A stretch of DNA of 64,000 nucleotides, taken from NCBI GenBank assembly GCA_964247055.1, contig OZ176055.1:5518001-5582000 (forward strand). The letters are read 5' to 3'. Positions 1 to 12,829 of this stretch are shown piece after piece. The first letter of the stretch is position 1; each line of letters starts with the position of its first letter. The notes beneath the pieces were generated by a model. That model ran no database searches and was not told where the DNA came from. It saw only the letters and a program-made list of their open reading frames with translations. The translations under genes and the position numbers were made by a program. Origin of the DNA: Paragordius varius. Its lineage: Eukaryota; Animalia; Nematomorpha.

Positions 1-311
1 CTTTTAACTGTGTTAAAAGAAAAACGTCATTTTTTGAACTGAGATTTTATAGAAACCCTATTTATATTACTTTAAGGTATTTACATGTAGAAAATATCTA
101 ATGATAATCAACCATAATATCTTAACATTTATCATTATTTTTTGAATCATCCTTAATTAGCCTTAATTTTCATGTCCGGTTTCGATTTTCTCTCAATATT
201 TCAAAAACTAGGTCGTCAACAAAGTAATTTTTTGCAGCAAAAATTCACTGGTCATAAGCTATTTTATAAGAAAAAATTTTGTTAAAAAAATTACTCTTTT
301 TTGCCCATAGT

Positions 312-2582
312 TAAGGTGACCAGATTTTTTGAAGGAAAAAGCGGGACAAATTTGAGAAAGGGGGGGTTATGAGGTGGGGTGTACAACCAAAAATTTTATA
401 CAAAAAATTTATTGTAGTATTTATTTATTTTTAAGACAAATACATGATAAATATAAAAAAATATTTAATTCCTTGGTATATTTTTTATTTGAGTGCGTTT
501 TAGCAGATTGTCATCATTTTATAGTAGAAGTCTCAAGAATTTGTCAAATTATATTTGACAGATAAAATGGTAATTCAACATTTAAATTTGATTTTTCCGA
601 TGTCCACATCTGATTTACTGTGGAAAAAAACGCGCTCAGTAGCAGCGTTGGTTCCACGTAAAGATAATGCAAATTCTACAATTTTTGAAATATTGTATGG
701 AACATAGTTTGTTTCAAAATGATCAAATATTTCTAACCATTTCTTTTCTACTGTATTTTTTTCTGTTGTCCATAATTTAAGTTTTTCATTATTAATATAT
801 TTTATAACTAATGATACTTTAGAAAAAAGATATTTTCTGAAAGGTTACTTTTTGGGAATTTTTGGGAGATGCAGAAATGATTTTTGAACATCGCACTAAT
901 TAAATTCTGGTTTTAATGTTATCCAATGAAAATGATCAATTTCATTAAATTGCACCGTCCAGTCTTCCGATAATCTTTACAGTTTGTATGAAACATTTTT
1001 AATGGTACAGGAGATCTTGGCGTTTTATTAAGCCTTGTTTTTTTAAATTATTTATAATATTGCGGATAATTACTATAAAATTATTTTATAACCTTTCTTG
1101 ACATTGGAATTTTAGGTTAACTTCATTGGCTACTTCGATGGCCGAAGTTTTGTCACTTTCTATCAATTTAATAACATTTTGAAAGAGAGAAGCTTGATTA
1201 TGTAGGAACTCTAACCATATTGAAGAATCACTTTCAAAAAACTTTTCCAAAGTTGTAGGACATTTGTCCTGTGATAAAAAAATAGGATTTTAAATGATCA
1301 TTTTTTAAAATTCTTTCGATAGCTGGCAGAAGAGCAAACCAACGAGTTTTACAATATCCAAGCATTTTTTAATATTGAACTTCTGCATTTGCACAGAATT
1401 TCTTAAGCGTTTCAACACGTACCGTGTATATAAAACTAGGAATATACCTTAACAACTACATTTTCCACATCTAGGGGGTAACAAATCAGCAGCTGTTTGA
1501 ATAGCGTTGTGTGTTATATGCGCTACACACCCAACCTCAATAATGTTTTGATTAACATTATCTGCTAATTCATGAAAAATATTTTTTGTTCCCCTTCTTG
1601 TTCCACCGAAGTTGGTATTGGTGTTGTCACCGCAATATGCGATGATTTTGTCTTTTAAATTATTTTTTCCTAGAATATTCGAATTATGTCGGAATTCGCA
1701 CCGGGTAGAGAAATAAAATTTAAAATTTTAATTTTACTCCGGTTTCTGGACCAAAATATTTATTAACGTAGTATGGCGATATGAAATTAATTTTCAGCAA
1801 ATCTTTTTGTATTCAGAAACATGTGGCGAAAGGACAATGCATACAATGGCTTCAGCCTTTGTAGGGGCACGAATAACATGTGAGGTACAATCCATAGATC
1901 TAAAGGAATGATTGTTATTAACGGCATGAAAAGATAAAACGCCTTGGGCTAATGCCAAATTCTTTTCTTCCTCTCCAAAAGCAGTTTTACGATAAAAATC
2001 GCTCATTTTGTAAGATGAATCCACCATATCTAAGCATTTTTTATGTTTCTGTGTTTCCATATGCTTTGTAATATCATGCTTACCGCCATGTGGTAGTATA
2101 ATAAATGATTCATTCTTCGTTTTTTTGATAAAAGGAAATTCTTTCATTAAATCATCGTTAAACTTATAACCTTCTTTTTTACTCATATTTTAAACTAATA
2201 TTAATATAAAATAATATTATATCACCTTAATTTTCTGGAGTATAAGTATAAGCTACCGATTTGTAATATTAATTTGTCTTTTTGATAATGTTGGCAGTAC
2301 GATTACAAAATGTATAATCATATGATATAAATTTGAAAAAAATAAATATTTTTAATTTAAAAATAAAAAACTTTAATTTAAAATTGATATAGATTTTAAA
2401 GATAGCTAATAATAAATTTAAACGGATAAAAAAAATAAATTTTTTATAAAAATAAATGTACATAAAAAATTTTTTTTATATAATCGTGAAAAAGCGGGAC
2501 ATTTCAAAAACGCAGCGGGACGCGGGACAAAGTGTGAAAAAGCGGGACTGTCCCGCCAAAAGCGGGGCGTCTGGTCACCTTA
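312..2582 (-). mobile_element. hAT DNA transposon, family A, copy 1 (internally deleted, non-autonomous)
   Basis: 13-bp TIRs TAAGGTGACCAGA (312-324) and TCTGGTCACCTTA (2570-2582); perfect 8-bp TSD CCCATAGT at 304-311 and 2583-2590; clustered subterminal GCGGGAC motifs; broken transposase on - strand (ORF 1794-2186; C-terminal TERVFSTVNQ-like remnant near 600-655) matching copy 2. Confidence 0.95.
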
Positions 2583-3790
2583 CCCATAGTATATATATAT
2601 ATATATACGAGGTTTATTATGACACTAACTTTATAATAAAGTGCACGAGTTTTAGATTAAATATACCATGATATCAGAAGACAGCCACCAATCTTAATTA
2701 GATTAGTTCAACGATATTTTATGTGTTTAAAAACAAAATTTAATTTGTTTTACTGGTTAAGAATATTTCTTTTTCTCATAACCAACTTTTTGTTAATTAA
2801 AATGACCTTAACAACTTGGACAAATTTAGAAACTTGGATAAAGTCTTTCATCTTAGATATTTCATAAAATATATCGTCATTAATTGTAATTTGTAGTCGG
2901 TATATCATTGTTGAGAATACAAAGAATCAAATTTGCAAGTCTATAAATATTAATTTAATATTTAATAATATATTAATTAATGTTTCTTTTAGGAATACTA
3001 CATACAATTTTATCATCGCATTTGATTTATTTAAATATATTTTTATGATAGTTAGCATTAAAACCGTTATCTAATAATGCGAGACACTGTTTATATTTTA
3101 AACAAAAAGGATACATAAATAAATTGAATCAGAAATATTCCCAGCATAAAAAATTATGATTCATATATAAAACATCTCATGAATATTAAAATATTTTGTT
3201 GTTATATTTATCCTTATATCATAGTTTTAGGCTTGGAGTTATATTTTGGAAAATCAACGCAACGCTGATCCATTTATTATCATTTAAAACAACGTATATA
3301 TTCACTATTTTCAAACAGAAAGGGATTGATATGAAAAAGTTGTCCAAAATTTTTGGAAATTCGGAAAAACTAATTTGTGTCTATCACACATATTTGCTTC
3401 CTTACAAAAAAATATTTCCCATTATAATATTAATGTGAAATGTGTTCATTATACCATAACAAAAAAAAGTAAAAGAGGCTCACTCAGCTCAGTATTTGAT
3501 TTATATCTGTTAGTCAAAATAAATCATCTTGAAAACCAGTGTAGATGTTATACATTCAGACTAATTTTTCTTACCTTGTAGCAAATCGCTTTTTTACCAA
3601 AATCGTTTAACCAAAAGACCTATCCTAAAAGCGATTGATCGACAGAATTTTTAATTATTATAATTATATTGGCAATTCGATTTCTTTTTAGCGGTGATAC
3701 GACTTGGATACACTCAAATCTATTACAACACAAACCTATATATCACATCATGATATGGTGCAAGACAAATTCGTAATATTTTGCAGGTAA

Positions 3791-6700
3791 ATGTTTACCA
3801 AAAAGAATAAACGAAAAAGTGCCGACCAAAGTTCAATCCATTCGGGGGGCTCTTTTAACAAATTACTTGGCACATCCCAAAAATCCAAAGCAGTCATACA
3901 CGGTTTCACCTTAAAAACGAATTTAAATGATGAGCCACCTATTGGTAAACATTCCAGTCATAAATCCCCCTTCCAAAGAATAGACCGAATAAGTTCATTG
4001 AAAACCTCAGGATCTACTTTGGCGACTCCGAGAAAACCTCACCTATCTATACATTCACAAATTAAATCGAATCGCGAAAAACGAAGGATTGGCCGCCAAG
4101 TTACTCAATTCGATTGCCGCGATTGCTTGCAGCAAAAGGTTTGTTGGCCCCTGGTGGACGTTTTTAATTTTGTCAGGAATTGGAATGAAGATACGCTACG
4201 ATTGTGGCTCATGTCTATTCTCCTGCTATCGTATATGTTTATAGGTATTAAAAAATATTTTTAAATTTTAATTAACGTTATTTAATTTAGATTTATTAGC
4301 CTTACAGCTACTTATTAAATGAGGGGTTTGAAAACCTTAATTATAATTTTTTTGATATAAATAAACCTTTTTTGGTTGTTTATCTTTTAACCTTTATGTA
4401 TTGCAAATCATTTATTAATTTAACGCACAAACGACGGATTTTAAAAGCATATAAAAGATAATTTTTCATTTGGATTAGACATAATCTATATTGGTATATG
4501 CCCTGTATAAAATTATATCGAAAAATAACTGCATGTCCTTAAAAACATACGCCCTTGAATCTCAAAAATAAGATTAAAAACCTATATACATATAAAAAAT
4601 AAAGCTGTTATTTCCAATAAAAAATATAATTGGTCCGACTGATGTATGATATCATTCATTGGCGTGACCGGTCCTTTGATACCCGAAATGCAGTATGTAG
4701 ATCAATAAAAGTATTTTGCAGCGATATAAATTTAATAAAAAATTGTTCGTGACTATTATAATTTGGTATATCATTGATAATAATTAATTACCACAATTAT
4801 AAAAACGGCCATAGTCACGGTTAGAAATCCATTTAAAATGCTTATTATTTATTTTTCTCTATCAGAACGAATTTACAAAAAGTTAAAAGCTATTGCGCAA
4901 AAACTAAGATAAATAATTCTTTATTTATTCTTTAAACCACTATAAGTTTAAAAAATTTTGTGAAATATATTTTTGAGTTATTCCAAATAATCTAGTTTTT
5001 GCGTGTTACGTATTTTACTTTATAAATGTGCAAGCTTTTAACACAATCCTTTAAATTAATATATTATATATTGGTTAGCAATTTGGCCATTTTGATTCGA
5101 CGGTAAATATGAAAATAGCTGACTACTTAAATCTAGTTTTTTAAGTTTGATTCCTCAAATGCAATGATCCTTGAATTTTTTCATGGAAGCTGACAAATTT
5201 TATTATCGTAAATTCCATAATTTGAAAAGTTACATTTTTGACATTAAATTTGGCACTATGCATAAAAACAATTTTTATGTTCTAGGTTGCTTAATTTTCT
5301 CCTTCATGGAACGATCCTACGAACTTAAGATAAAGCAAAATATTCGCCAAAGTTTACATGATTTCATGAAAAAATACCCTATAGTCAATGCATCTGATTT
5401 AAGGTACCTACTAGACCTATACGGAAATGCCACTTATAATGGATTCATTGGCGTCAGACCAAGATGGGATTTTTATGGCTCTCTATATTTTACTTGGACT
5501 GTAGTATCTACTGTCGGTATATTTACTCTTTTTACTATACAAATGTGGTAAAATAATAATTCTTATAAATTCGGCTATCTAGGGAGGGGAGGGATATTAA
5601 CATTAAATATCCATCATTTAACAAAAATAAGTTTGGATAAAATGCATTTTATGCTTAAACTTTTCTTCATTTTAAGATACGTTTTAGAGATCTTAATGAA
5701 AAAAACAGTTATCATTTAAATTATGTATTATTTCATGTCAATGAATCCAATATGCGCTTGGTTTAAGATTTTCATAAGCTGCATTAAGGGCATCATAATA
5801 TCAAATTAATCTGAAGATAAAAATCTTATTATTAATTGATAAACTTAGTATAAATATTTTCCCAAATTGTAGAAAACCCAGAGACTTTAGTTCCGAAAAT
5901 GGCTATTTATAAAATAAACCTCACAAAGCCACAACTTTACTAAATGTTTTTTATTTTTTATTCAATTTAAGCCAAATAATTTAAGTATATTAATTGAACT
6001 ATAATCGAAGTTTTAATAACTTCTCAAATAAGGTAAGATATTCCTTAAATATATATGACTATTTAAATTCGCTTTATTAATATCTCAGGTGATAAATATA
6101 TTCTTCATAAAATCGATATTTGTCTGCAAGATACGAAAACTTTTGTTAATGCATATCTCTAAATCAACAAATACAATTCTAAGATGTAACCAGGGGTGTC
6201 CAACACGTGGCTCTCCGCGAATTCTTATGTTGACCGCAAAAAATTAAAAAAATACTAAATGTATCGATTTTTGGTTTAATATTTTATTTTTAGGTAATCA
6301 TGTAATGCTTTTCATAAACGACGTTAATTCGATAAAAGAAATATATTTAATAAACATCATTACACCACATTTCTATTTAATATTAAACTATCGGTTTGTT
6401 GAAAGGCTATTTTTGGCAACTATCAATAATTGGTGAAGTAAACAATGGTTATACGGTGTTTCTTAAATTCAATTAGTCTTGTTAATTAATGTCCATGTGT
6501 TCATATTTTTTAAATGCGGCTTGCAGCGAGAATGGGGCCCGCAAGCCTTTTGTGTCGGGCACCCGTGGTGTATACAATTAAATTTTATAATATACATTTT
6601 ATATTTAACACGTGTATATAGGTTATGGTATGACTACTCCACATACTATTTACGGTAAAATGTTTCTCATGCTTTATGGACTTCTGGGATGTGCAAGTGG

Positions 6701-9116
6701 GATTTTATTCTTCAATCTTTTCCTTGAACGCGTAATTAATTTGTTGGCAAATACGCTTCGATGGCTACACACCCGTAGGAAGCGGCGTAAAAGTTTATAC
6801 ACTCTGTATGCACGGCAAAATGAGGAATTGAAAGTTACGAGACCTATGCAACTCATACCCAGAGAGGATATATCACGAGGTGAGAAATCTAATACATACC
6901 ACTTTGAACTACCAACAAAGGATAGTGGTAAAAATACGATCATAATGGGCAAGAAAGGCCCATTACGAAAAGAACGAATGGGAGGCAAAGGAGCCATAGG
7001 TTTAAATGCGACCGCTTATTCTTCGAAGAAAAAAGAGGACGACTCAGCCGCACTAGATAAATGGAAGCCCTCAGTTTATTGGGTGCTAATCATATTATTT
7101 CTTTTAACATGTTTTATTGGTTGCACTGTATCAGTCTTGTATTCTACGATGGAAAGATGGTCGTACACTGATAGCTTGTACTTTTGTTTTATCTCTTTTG
7201 CTACCATTGGTTTCGGTGATTTCGTAAGCAATCAGAAATCGTGGCAAGATTCTATACTGTGGTATAAAGTTGTAAATTTCATAATTTTAGCTATTGGGAG
7301 TTGTTGCACTTACTCGCTACTTAATGTGATATCCATAGTGATTAAGCAATTTCTTAATTTTATACTTATCCGATTTAAAAGAAATTGTTGGAAGTATTGT
7401 CGATGTTGTGGGGGAACACAACTAATGCAACAAGCACCCCCAAAAGAGACATCCCTCAAAAATAAAGGTAAGAAAAAACGAAAAAAGGAACGACTACATG
7501 ATAATCAAAATGTGATTTCTAATTCAACAACGACTTCAAAATTAACACCAAATATATTTTCCCTTTCAAATGCTATTTTAAAATGGAAAAAGACGGGTAT
7601 GCAAAAACCGTCATTATCTGGTAATATCCAACTAAGTGATGATATTCATCTACCGATTTCCAAATTAAATAGGCCAAAAGATATAAACTTGCAATCACAA
7701 AAAGATTTTAAAAATTTACAAGTTCATCCTATTCCACCACAAACGCCTGCTTCAGAATTAACGATACCCAGCCAATATTCAACACTTGATCCCGAACTAA
7801 CATCTGAGATGATACGTCGAATGAGTGATCGCAGCGAATACGCAACTCGTTCCCCGTGGCGCAAAGATTCTGGAGACCTGGTGTCTTTACATGATCTATA
7901 TGCAGCCAACGGACAGCCTGGGTTATTGGAGGAAGTTCAACGCCAGCTGTATGAAACAAATATGCGTATAGGTTTCACTAATTCCTTGTTTCTCCCAACT
8001 TTAGTTGCACAACAAAATATCGATAGTCCACCCACATCAGCATCGACAAAGCCGGGTGGTTTAGATAAGCGTTACAGTACAACTGTCACATCTCCTACCA
8101 GTAAATACTCTGATTCCTTAGATAACTCCTCATTGACCCCATTGATAGAAAGTGTATCCCCGATACAGAGCATAAAAGACTCTAAATCTTTCCAAAAATA
8201 CCCTAGTCATCCACTTTCAAAAATGCCCTCAACATTATCCCAAAATTTTCGCACCCTAAGCCGCGATAATATGGCGCCCATACCTTTGTCTGAACGAACT
8301 CCATTTAAATCCAAACTTGCCAATCGAAAACCATTATTTCCACAGGAATCGTTAGAACATTATGCTCCAAGAACTGACCAAAATCCAAATTTTGTGGAAC
8401 AACCCCCTATAGGGACATCACTCACAACGGTTCTCGAACCCTCCAACATATCTACCAACATTCCTCCAAAACTAACGATCTCAATTACTACAACAAAACC
8501 AACAGCAACAAAAACCACAGTATTAACTACACCATCAACATTCATCGATGGGATAATAACTTCTACTCAGAAAGTATCTTTGCCCAAACCTTTACATACA
8601 AATATTATAATAAGTATGGATGCATTACCGAGTATAGAACTTGGAACACCAGACACAACATCCAATGTTTTGACAAAACAATCGATTACCACATCTCCGA
8701 TCGGTAACAATTTAACTCCTATTAGCCCTATGAAAAGTAGATTACCTTCAACTATTATGGAGGAACCAATTAGTTACATTGATACTCCCACAACTAAACA
8801 TATCCCTACAATAACATCTCTTAAACCAGAAAAAGTTGCTATTAGCTCTTCTAATATAACTACTGCCAAACAAAATATTGATAAAAAGCAATCCACAACC
8901 GGTGACAAAAAATTAACTTTTCCAACAACGGCGGCGAAACAATTGATTCGGGATGAAACCGAACAAGAATCTGAAGAGGAGGAGGACGAAGATGCCTCTG
9001 ATGAGTTTAATTCCGAAGCCGAACAAAACAGTGAAAGTTCAAGTGATCACCAATTGGGAGGAGAGGAAGTCGGTCCTCTTGCTATCATGAGCAAAGCCTT
9101 TGGTGAACATGCTTAA
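3791..9116 (+). CDS. KCNK13: Two-pore-domain K+ channel, THIK (KCNK12/KCNK13)-like; join(3791..4244,5286..5516,6622..9116), ~1059 aa
   Basis: GT-AG junctions give an open 3180-nt frame. M1 NEDTLRLWLMSILLLSYMFIG, cap RPRWDFYGSLYF, pore 1 TVGYG (split by an intron), GILFFNLFLER (THIK signature) and pore 2 FATIGFGD. KCNK12 versus KCNK13 cannot be resolved; the start codon is inferred. Confidence 0.9.
6191..6567. mobile_element. Buster/Charlie-type hAT MITE (degenerate) in K2P intron 2
   Basis: CAGGGGTGTCCAACAC at the left end and imperfect TGTGTCGGGCACCCGTG at the right end; GCGGC/GGCCCGC subterminal motifs. Flanks gatgtaac and gtgtatac do not form a clean TSD. Confidence 0.55.
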
Positions 9117-10255
9117 TTGATTCAAATTACGCCTTCGCTAAAGAGCGCATAGAATTTTTATAGTCAGGCAAACCATTAATTTAGAAAATTTCAATTACAT
9201 ATAAAACTCTGGCCCTTAAAGTATCTATCTACAAATAGTAAAATCCTTTCTTTGGAGGTTATACGCTCAATTTCGATGTATATTAAAGTGTAACCAACAC
9301 GCTTATGAGACCAAATATCTACTATATATTTTAATTCAATAAGCATTTTTGTAATTTTTATTTATTTATGATGTACAATAATAAATATTATTATAAATTG
9401 TCAATATTAAAACTTGGTCCTTTCCCGTCTTTGAGGTGTTTTTGAGCTTCTAGGAATGTAAAATAAAAAATATTGATATAAAATTGAATATTTTGTATAA
9501 TTTATTATTTATAAACAGTATTAAAGATAATGGATTAATTTTGCATTAAAATAAGATTTCGAGATTCACAAAACACTGATATACATTTTACACACAAACG
9601 ATTAAAAGCTAATATTAGACCAAAAGCGGTATTAATATAATATTTTCTCAGTACCGATAGGTACAAAACATGCTAAATCGTTTAAAAAATTTAATACTTT
9701 TAACCACATTTTCACATAAGGTACAGAAATATCTTTTGTTAAATTATTATTAAAAACTGTTTTCTCAAATGTAAATGCAAATAAATATCTGAAATATTCA
9801 ATTTAATATACTACTTTCAAACGCTAGCGTATAATCATCGGTAGCGCTTGTATATGAAGTGGTGAATGCTGAAAAATCCTTGCAATTCATGGCACTGAAA
9901 AGCATTTCTCGGTCTTTGAGTAAAGAGGATTGAGGGAATTTTACCAAACTTTGTGCAATATTCATTGCCTTCCCAATAACTATGAAAAGATAATTTTAAT
10001 GTAAAAAGTATATGGACAAAAACTTTTAAATCATAAAAACCATCCATTAAAGTTGAACATTACATTCAATTTAAATATGACTATTCATAAAATATTATGA
10101 TGATAATTTAAATTACAAAAGTACGCACACGATTTAAATAAAATTTAAGAGCCAAAAAGTATTGTAAAAATGTACTAATATTATATACGATTATCAAATA
10201 AAAATAATAAATTAAATGAATTGTAAAAAAGCTGAAAACCAATCTACAAGCATTA

Positions 10256-11425
10256 TCTATATATTTGTAAAAATGGAAAATGCTGGCTTTGGGATCTGTA
10301 TCCGGAAAACCGGCAGACCAATTCAAATCAAAATGTCGAAAAAATATTATAATCAATGAATACCCCGACAATAGCTTCACCCTTTTTATTAGGTCCCGAA
10401 TTCGACCCATCCCGTGTAAAAACGGTTTTTTGGAAAACAATAGTCTATAAAAATCGTGTCTTTGAGACAATTTTCCAGAAAACATGTTGGACCATTCGAT
10501 TTTAAATTTTTTTACTTTTTTTCGATTGCGACGAACACAATCGGCCGCTTTTTTAATTTATGCCCTCTTTTTACACGCCCCCCCCCCCCCCCCCCCGTAA
10601 AATGCCATTTTTTTCCAAAAATTTACAGTCCACAAAAATAATTTTTTAAATCTATTTTACGCCCAAGGTATGAGACCGTAAAAATTCAATGAGGATTTCA
10701 GTTCCCTGTTAAAAGGCAAAAATTTTGGACGTGCGTTTTTTATATTGGCTGTTGGGTAAGGAGATACTCGCTAAAAACTGCCCCGTCATATCAAAATAGC
10801 GTGCCTTTGGGGCTGAATTTCGGAAATATCAGGCCATATAAGTTCAATAGGTGTTTTAAAATATTACTCCTAACAGGGCAAAAAGTCGTGTGGTTTTTTA
10901 AAATTAGCCGTTAATTAGGCTCTTCACGCCCTGAAAAATGCGCCACCATAGAATGATTTTTTTAAGGCAATTTTTCCAAAAACTAAAGAGAGCATATGGA
11001 ATTAATCATGATTCCAGGTATTCTCCGTAAAAAAATCAAGCGCTTTTTTATATCAACCTCTGGGTAGGGAGCTACCCGCCTAAAACTGCGCCACCCTATC
11101 GAAATTGCGTTGTTAAGGAATTAATTTTCAGAAAACTTATCATGTCATATAAGTTTAATAGGGCCTAAAATATTACCCGTAAAAAGGCAAACTTTATGGC
11201 GAGCGGTTTTTAAATTAGCCGTTAAATAAGCCCTTTTCACCCTAAAAAATGCGCTATCATTGAACTATTATTTAGTTTTAAAGCCATTCTTCCAAAAACT
11301 AAGAACACAAGGAATGAATGATGGTTCCAGGGATTCACCTATAAAGGCAAAAAATTTTATCTAAGGCCTTTCTCTGGGTAGAGGCTATCCGCCTACAACT
11401 GCGTCACCATATCGATACAGCCTAG
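10256..11425 (+). mobile_element. Non-autonomous Helitron-like element, copy 1
   Basis: Starts A|TCTATATAT; ~10270-10670 is homologous to 32160-32580; candidate 3' CTAG|T at 11422-11426, although its terminal hairpin is weak. Confidence 0.55.
10700..11420. repeat. ~310-bp tandem repeat, ~2.3 diverged copies, inside Helitron-like copy 1
   Basis: AAATTAGCCGTTAA at 10901 and 11212; (C/T)TGGGTA at 10752, 11060 and 11374. Confidence 0.85.
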
Positions 11426-12094
11426 TTCAATTTTTAATAAATACAACAATCATTATCCTAACTATACGCTAGATCCGGTATTCGCAATGAATGGAGAAGT
11501 TTTATTTTAAATGTTGCAGTTAGTCGGAATCGACCTTAGCAACAACAACATCACATTAAATATTTTTATAAGAAATGAAACATGAATCTGAGTAGTCAAA
11601 TTATCAAATGTAGAATAAAACGCAAAAAATAAAATTTAAGTAGAAAATTGGAAAACAAGGCGATATAAATTTAAATAGTTTTCAAATAAATAGTACTTTT
11701 GCTGTTTTATCCATATAAATTTTTGTTACCTTTCGGGTAAATCATCCCAGAGCAATTTAAATTTAATCTTAAAAAATAACTACGATAATGGAACAAAGTT
11801 ATTAGGCATTCTGGGGCATTTTAGGCGTATTATCTAAAAAAAATTTTTTAAAAATAATGCAAAATATCGTCATTTGCCCCAATTACAAGAAAACATATTG
11901 AATTAAATTCAACATTTAAAGATTTTTAGAATTCGATGTAAGAATTTTACACTTAAAAATGTAGTATCTATGACAATTAAGTGTAAACTTTCATATTCGT
12001 TTTAAACTCTTTTTCTATTTTTTAATCTTAACTGTGAGTATCACGTTGAAAGTAGTAAAAAAACTGGGGGTAATTGTTTTTAACAGAAGCTAAC

Positions 12095-12713
12095 CTGAAC
12101 CATCTTCAGTCAAATGGTCAATAAGTCCCCAATCGTAGGCCTGTTTTGCCGTAAAAGCTTTACCAGTTAAAAGTAGGTTTTGAGCTCGGCTTAAACCTAT
12201 CATTTGAGGAAGAACATAAGGACCAATTCCATCCAGAGATGGAATGCCGAATCTACGATTTAAAAAACCCAATTGAGAAGAACGATCCGCAATTCTAAGA
12301 TCTGCAAGAAGTGCTAGTTCCAAACCTGCTCCAACCGTCCATCCGTTTAAGGCGACGATCAAGGGTTTGGATTTTGTACCGATTAAGCGAGGATATTGAA
12401 AACTCTAAATATCGTAATTATAAACCTCTACATCTAATAAATGTTTCAGAGTAAACTGTCTGTCATGTTCGAAAACGTTAAAGCCAGATGAAAAATTGCC
12501 CCCTATATTTAACATTACAATTTTACCCATCCCAAATAACACACCCACATCGGTTTTATCACAGCGGGAAAATTGTGTTAAGGCTGAACGTAAAAGTTGT
12601 ATAATTTTTGGTGAAAGAGCATTTTTGGTAGACGGACTGTTAATTGCAATCAAAAATAATTTGTTAAACTGATCTATAAATAACAAAGAATCTTTCTTCT
12701 GATTTTTAAACAT
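12095..12713 (-). CDS. Enoyl-CoA hydratase/crotonase-family protein; exons 12713..12527, 12502..12426, 12404..12095; 3' exon(s) unresolved
   Basis: Crotonase motifs LIAINSPSTKNALS, VLFGMG|GNFSSG, KPLIVALNGWTVGAGLELALLADLRIA and MIGLSRAQNLLLTG. Needs a 21-nt intron (in-frame TAG) and probably a 24-nt intron. Confidence 0.85.
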
Positions 12714-12829
12714 AAATTGAATTTATGATAGCGAATTTAAACTTTGTCTAGTTTGATATCATCGGTTCAAGTATTTTATGTCCGTTCTTATTAAAGTTAT
12801 TAGAATTTGGAGGATGCAATTATAATTAA
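12714..12829. promoter_or_regulatory. Putative bidirectional promoter, hydratase / transportin-1
   Basis: Only 116 nt (125 nt if ATG 12839 is used) between divergent start codons; inferred from geometry, no motif identified. Confidence 0.55.

Noticed and set aside
6674-8545. Antisense ORFs overlapping K2P exon 3, and similar shadows over the ihog-like, PPCS and LTV1 exons
   Set aside because: Expected shadows of long coding exons; no independent motifs.
10108-10641. ORFs 10108-10485 and 10456-10641, and their counterparts at 32153-32493
   Set aside because: Chance frames within the non-autonomous Helitron module; no Rep or helicase motifs.
12064-12094. 31-nt intron after hydratase exon 3
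   Set aside because: The resulting exon (VFLLLST*) shows no crotonase similarity; the 3' end is left unresolved.
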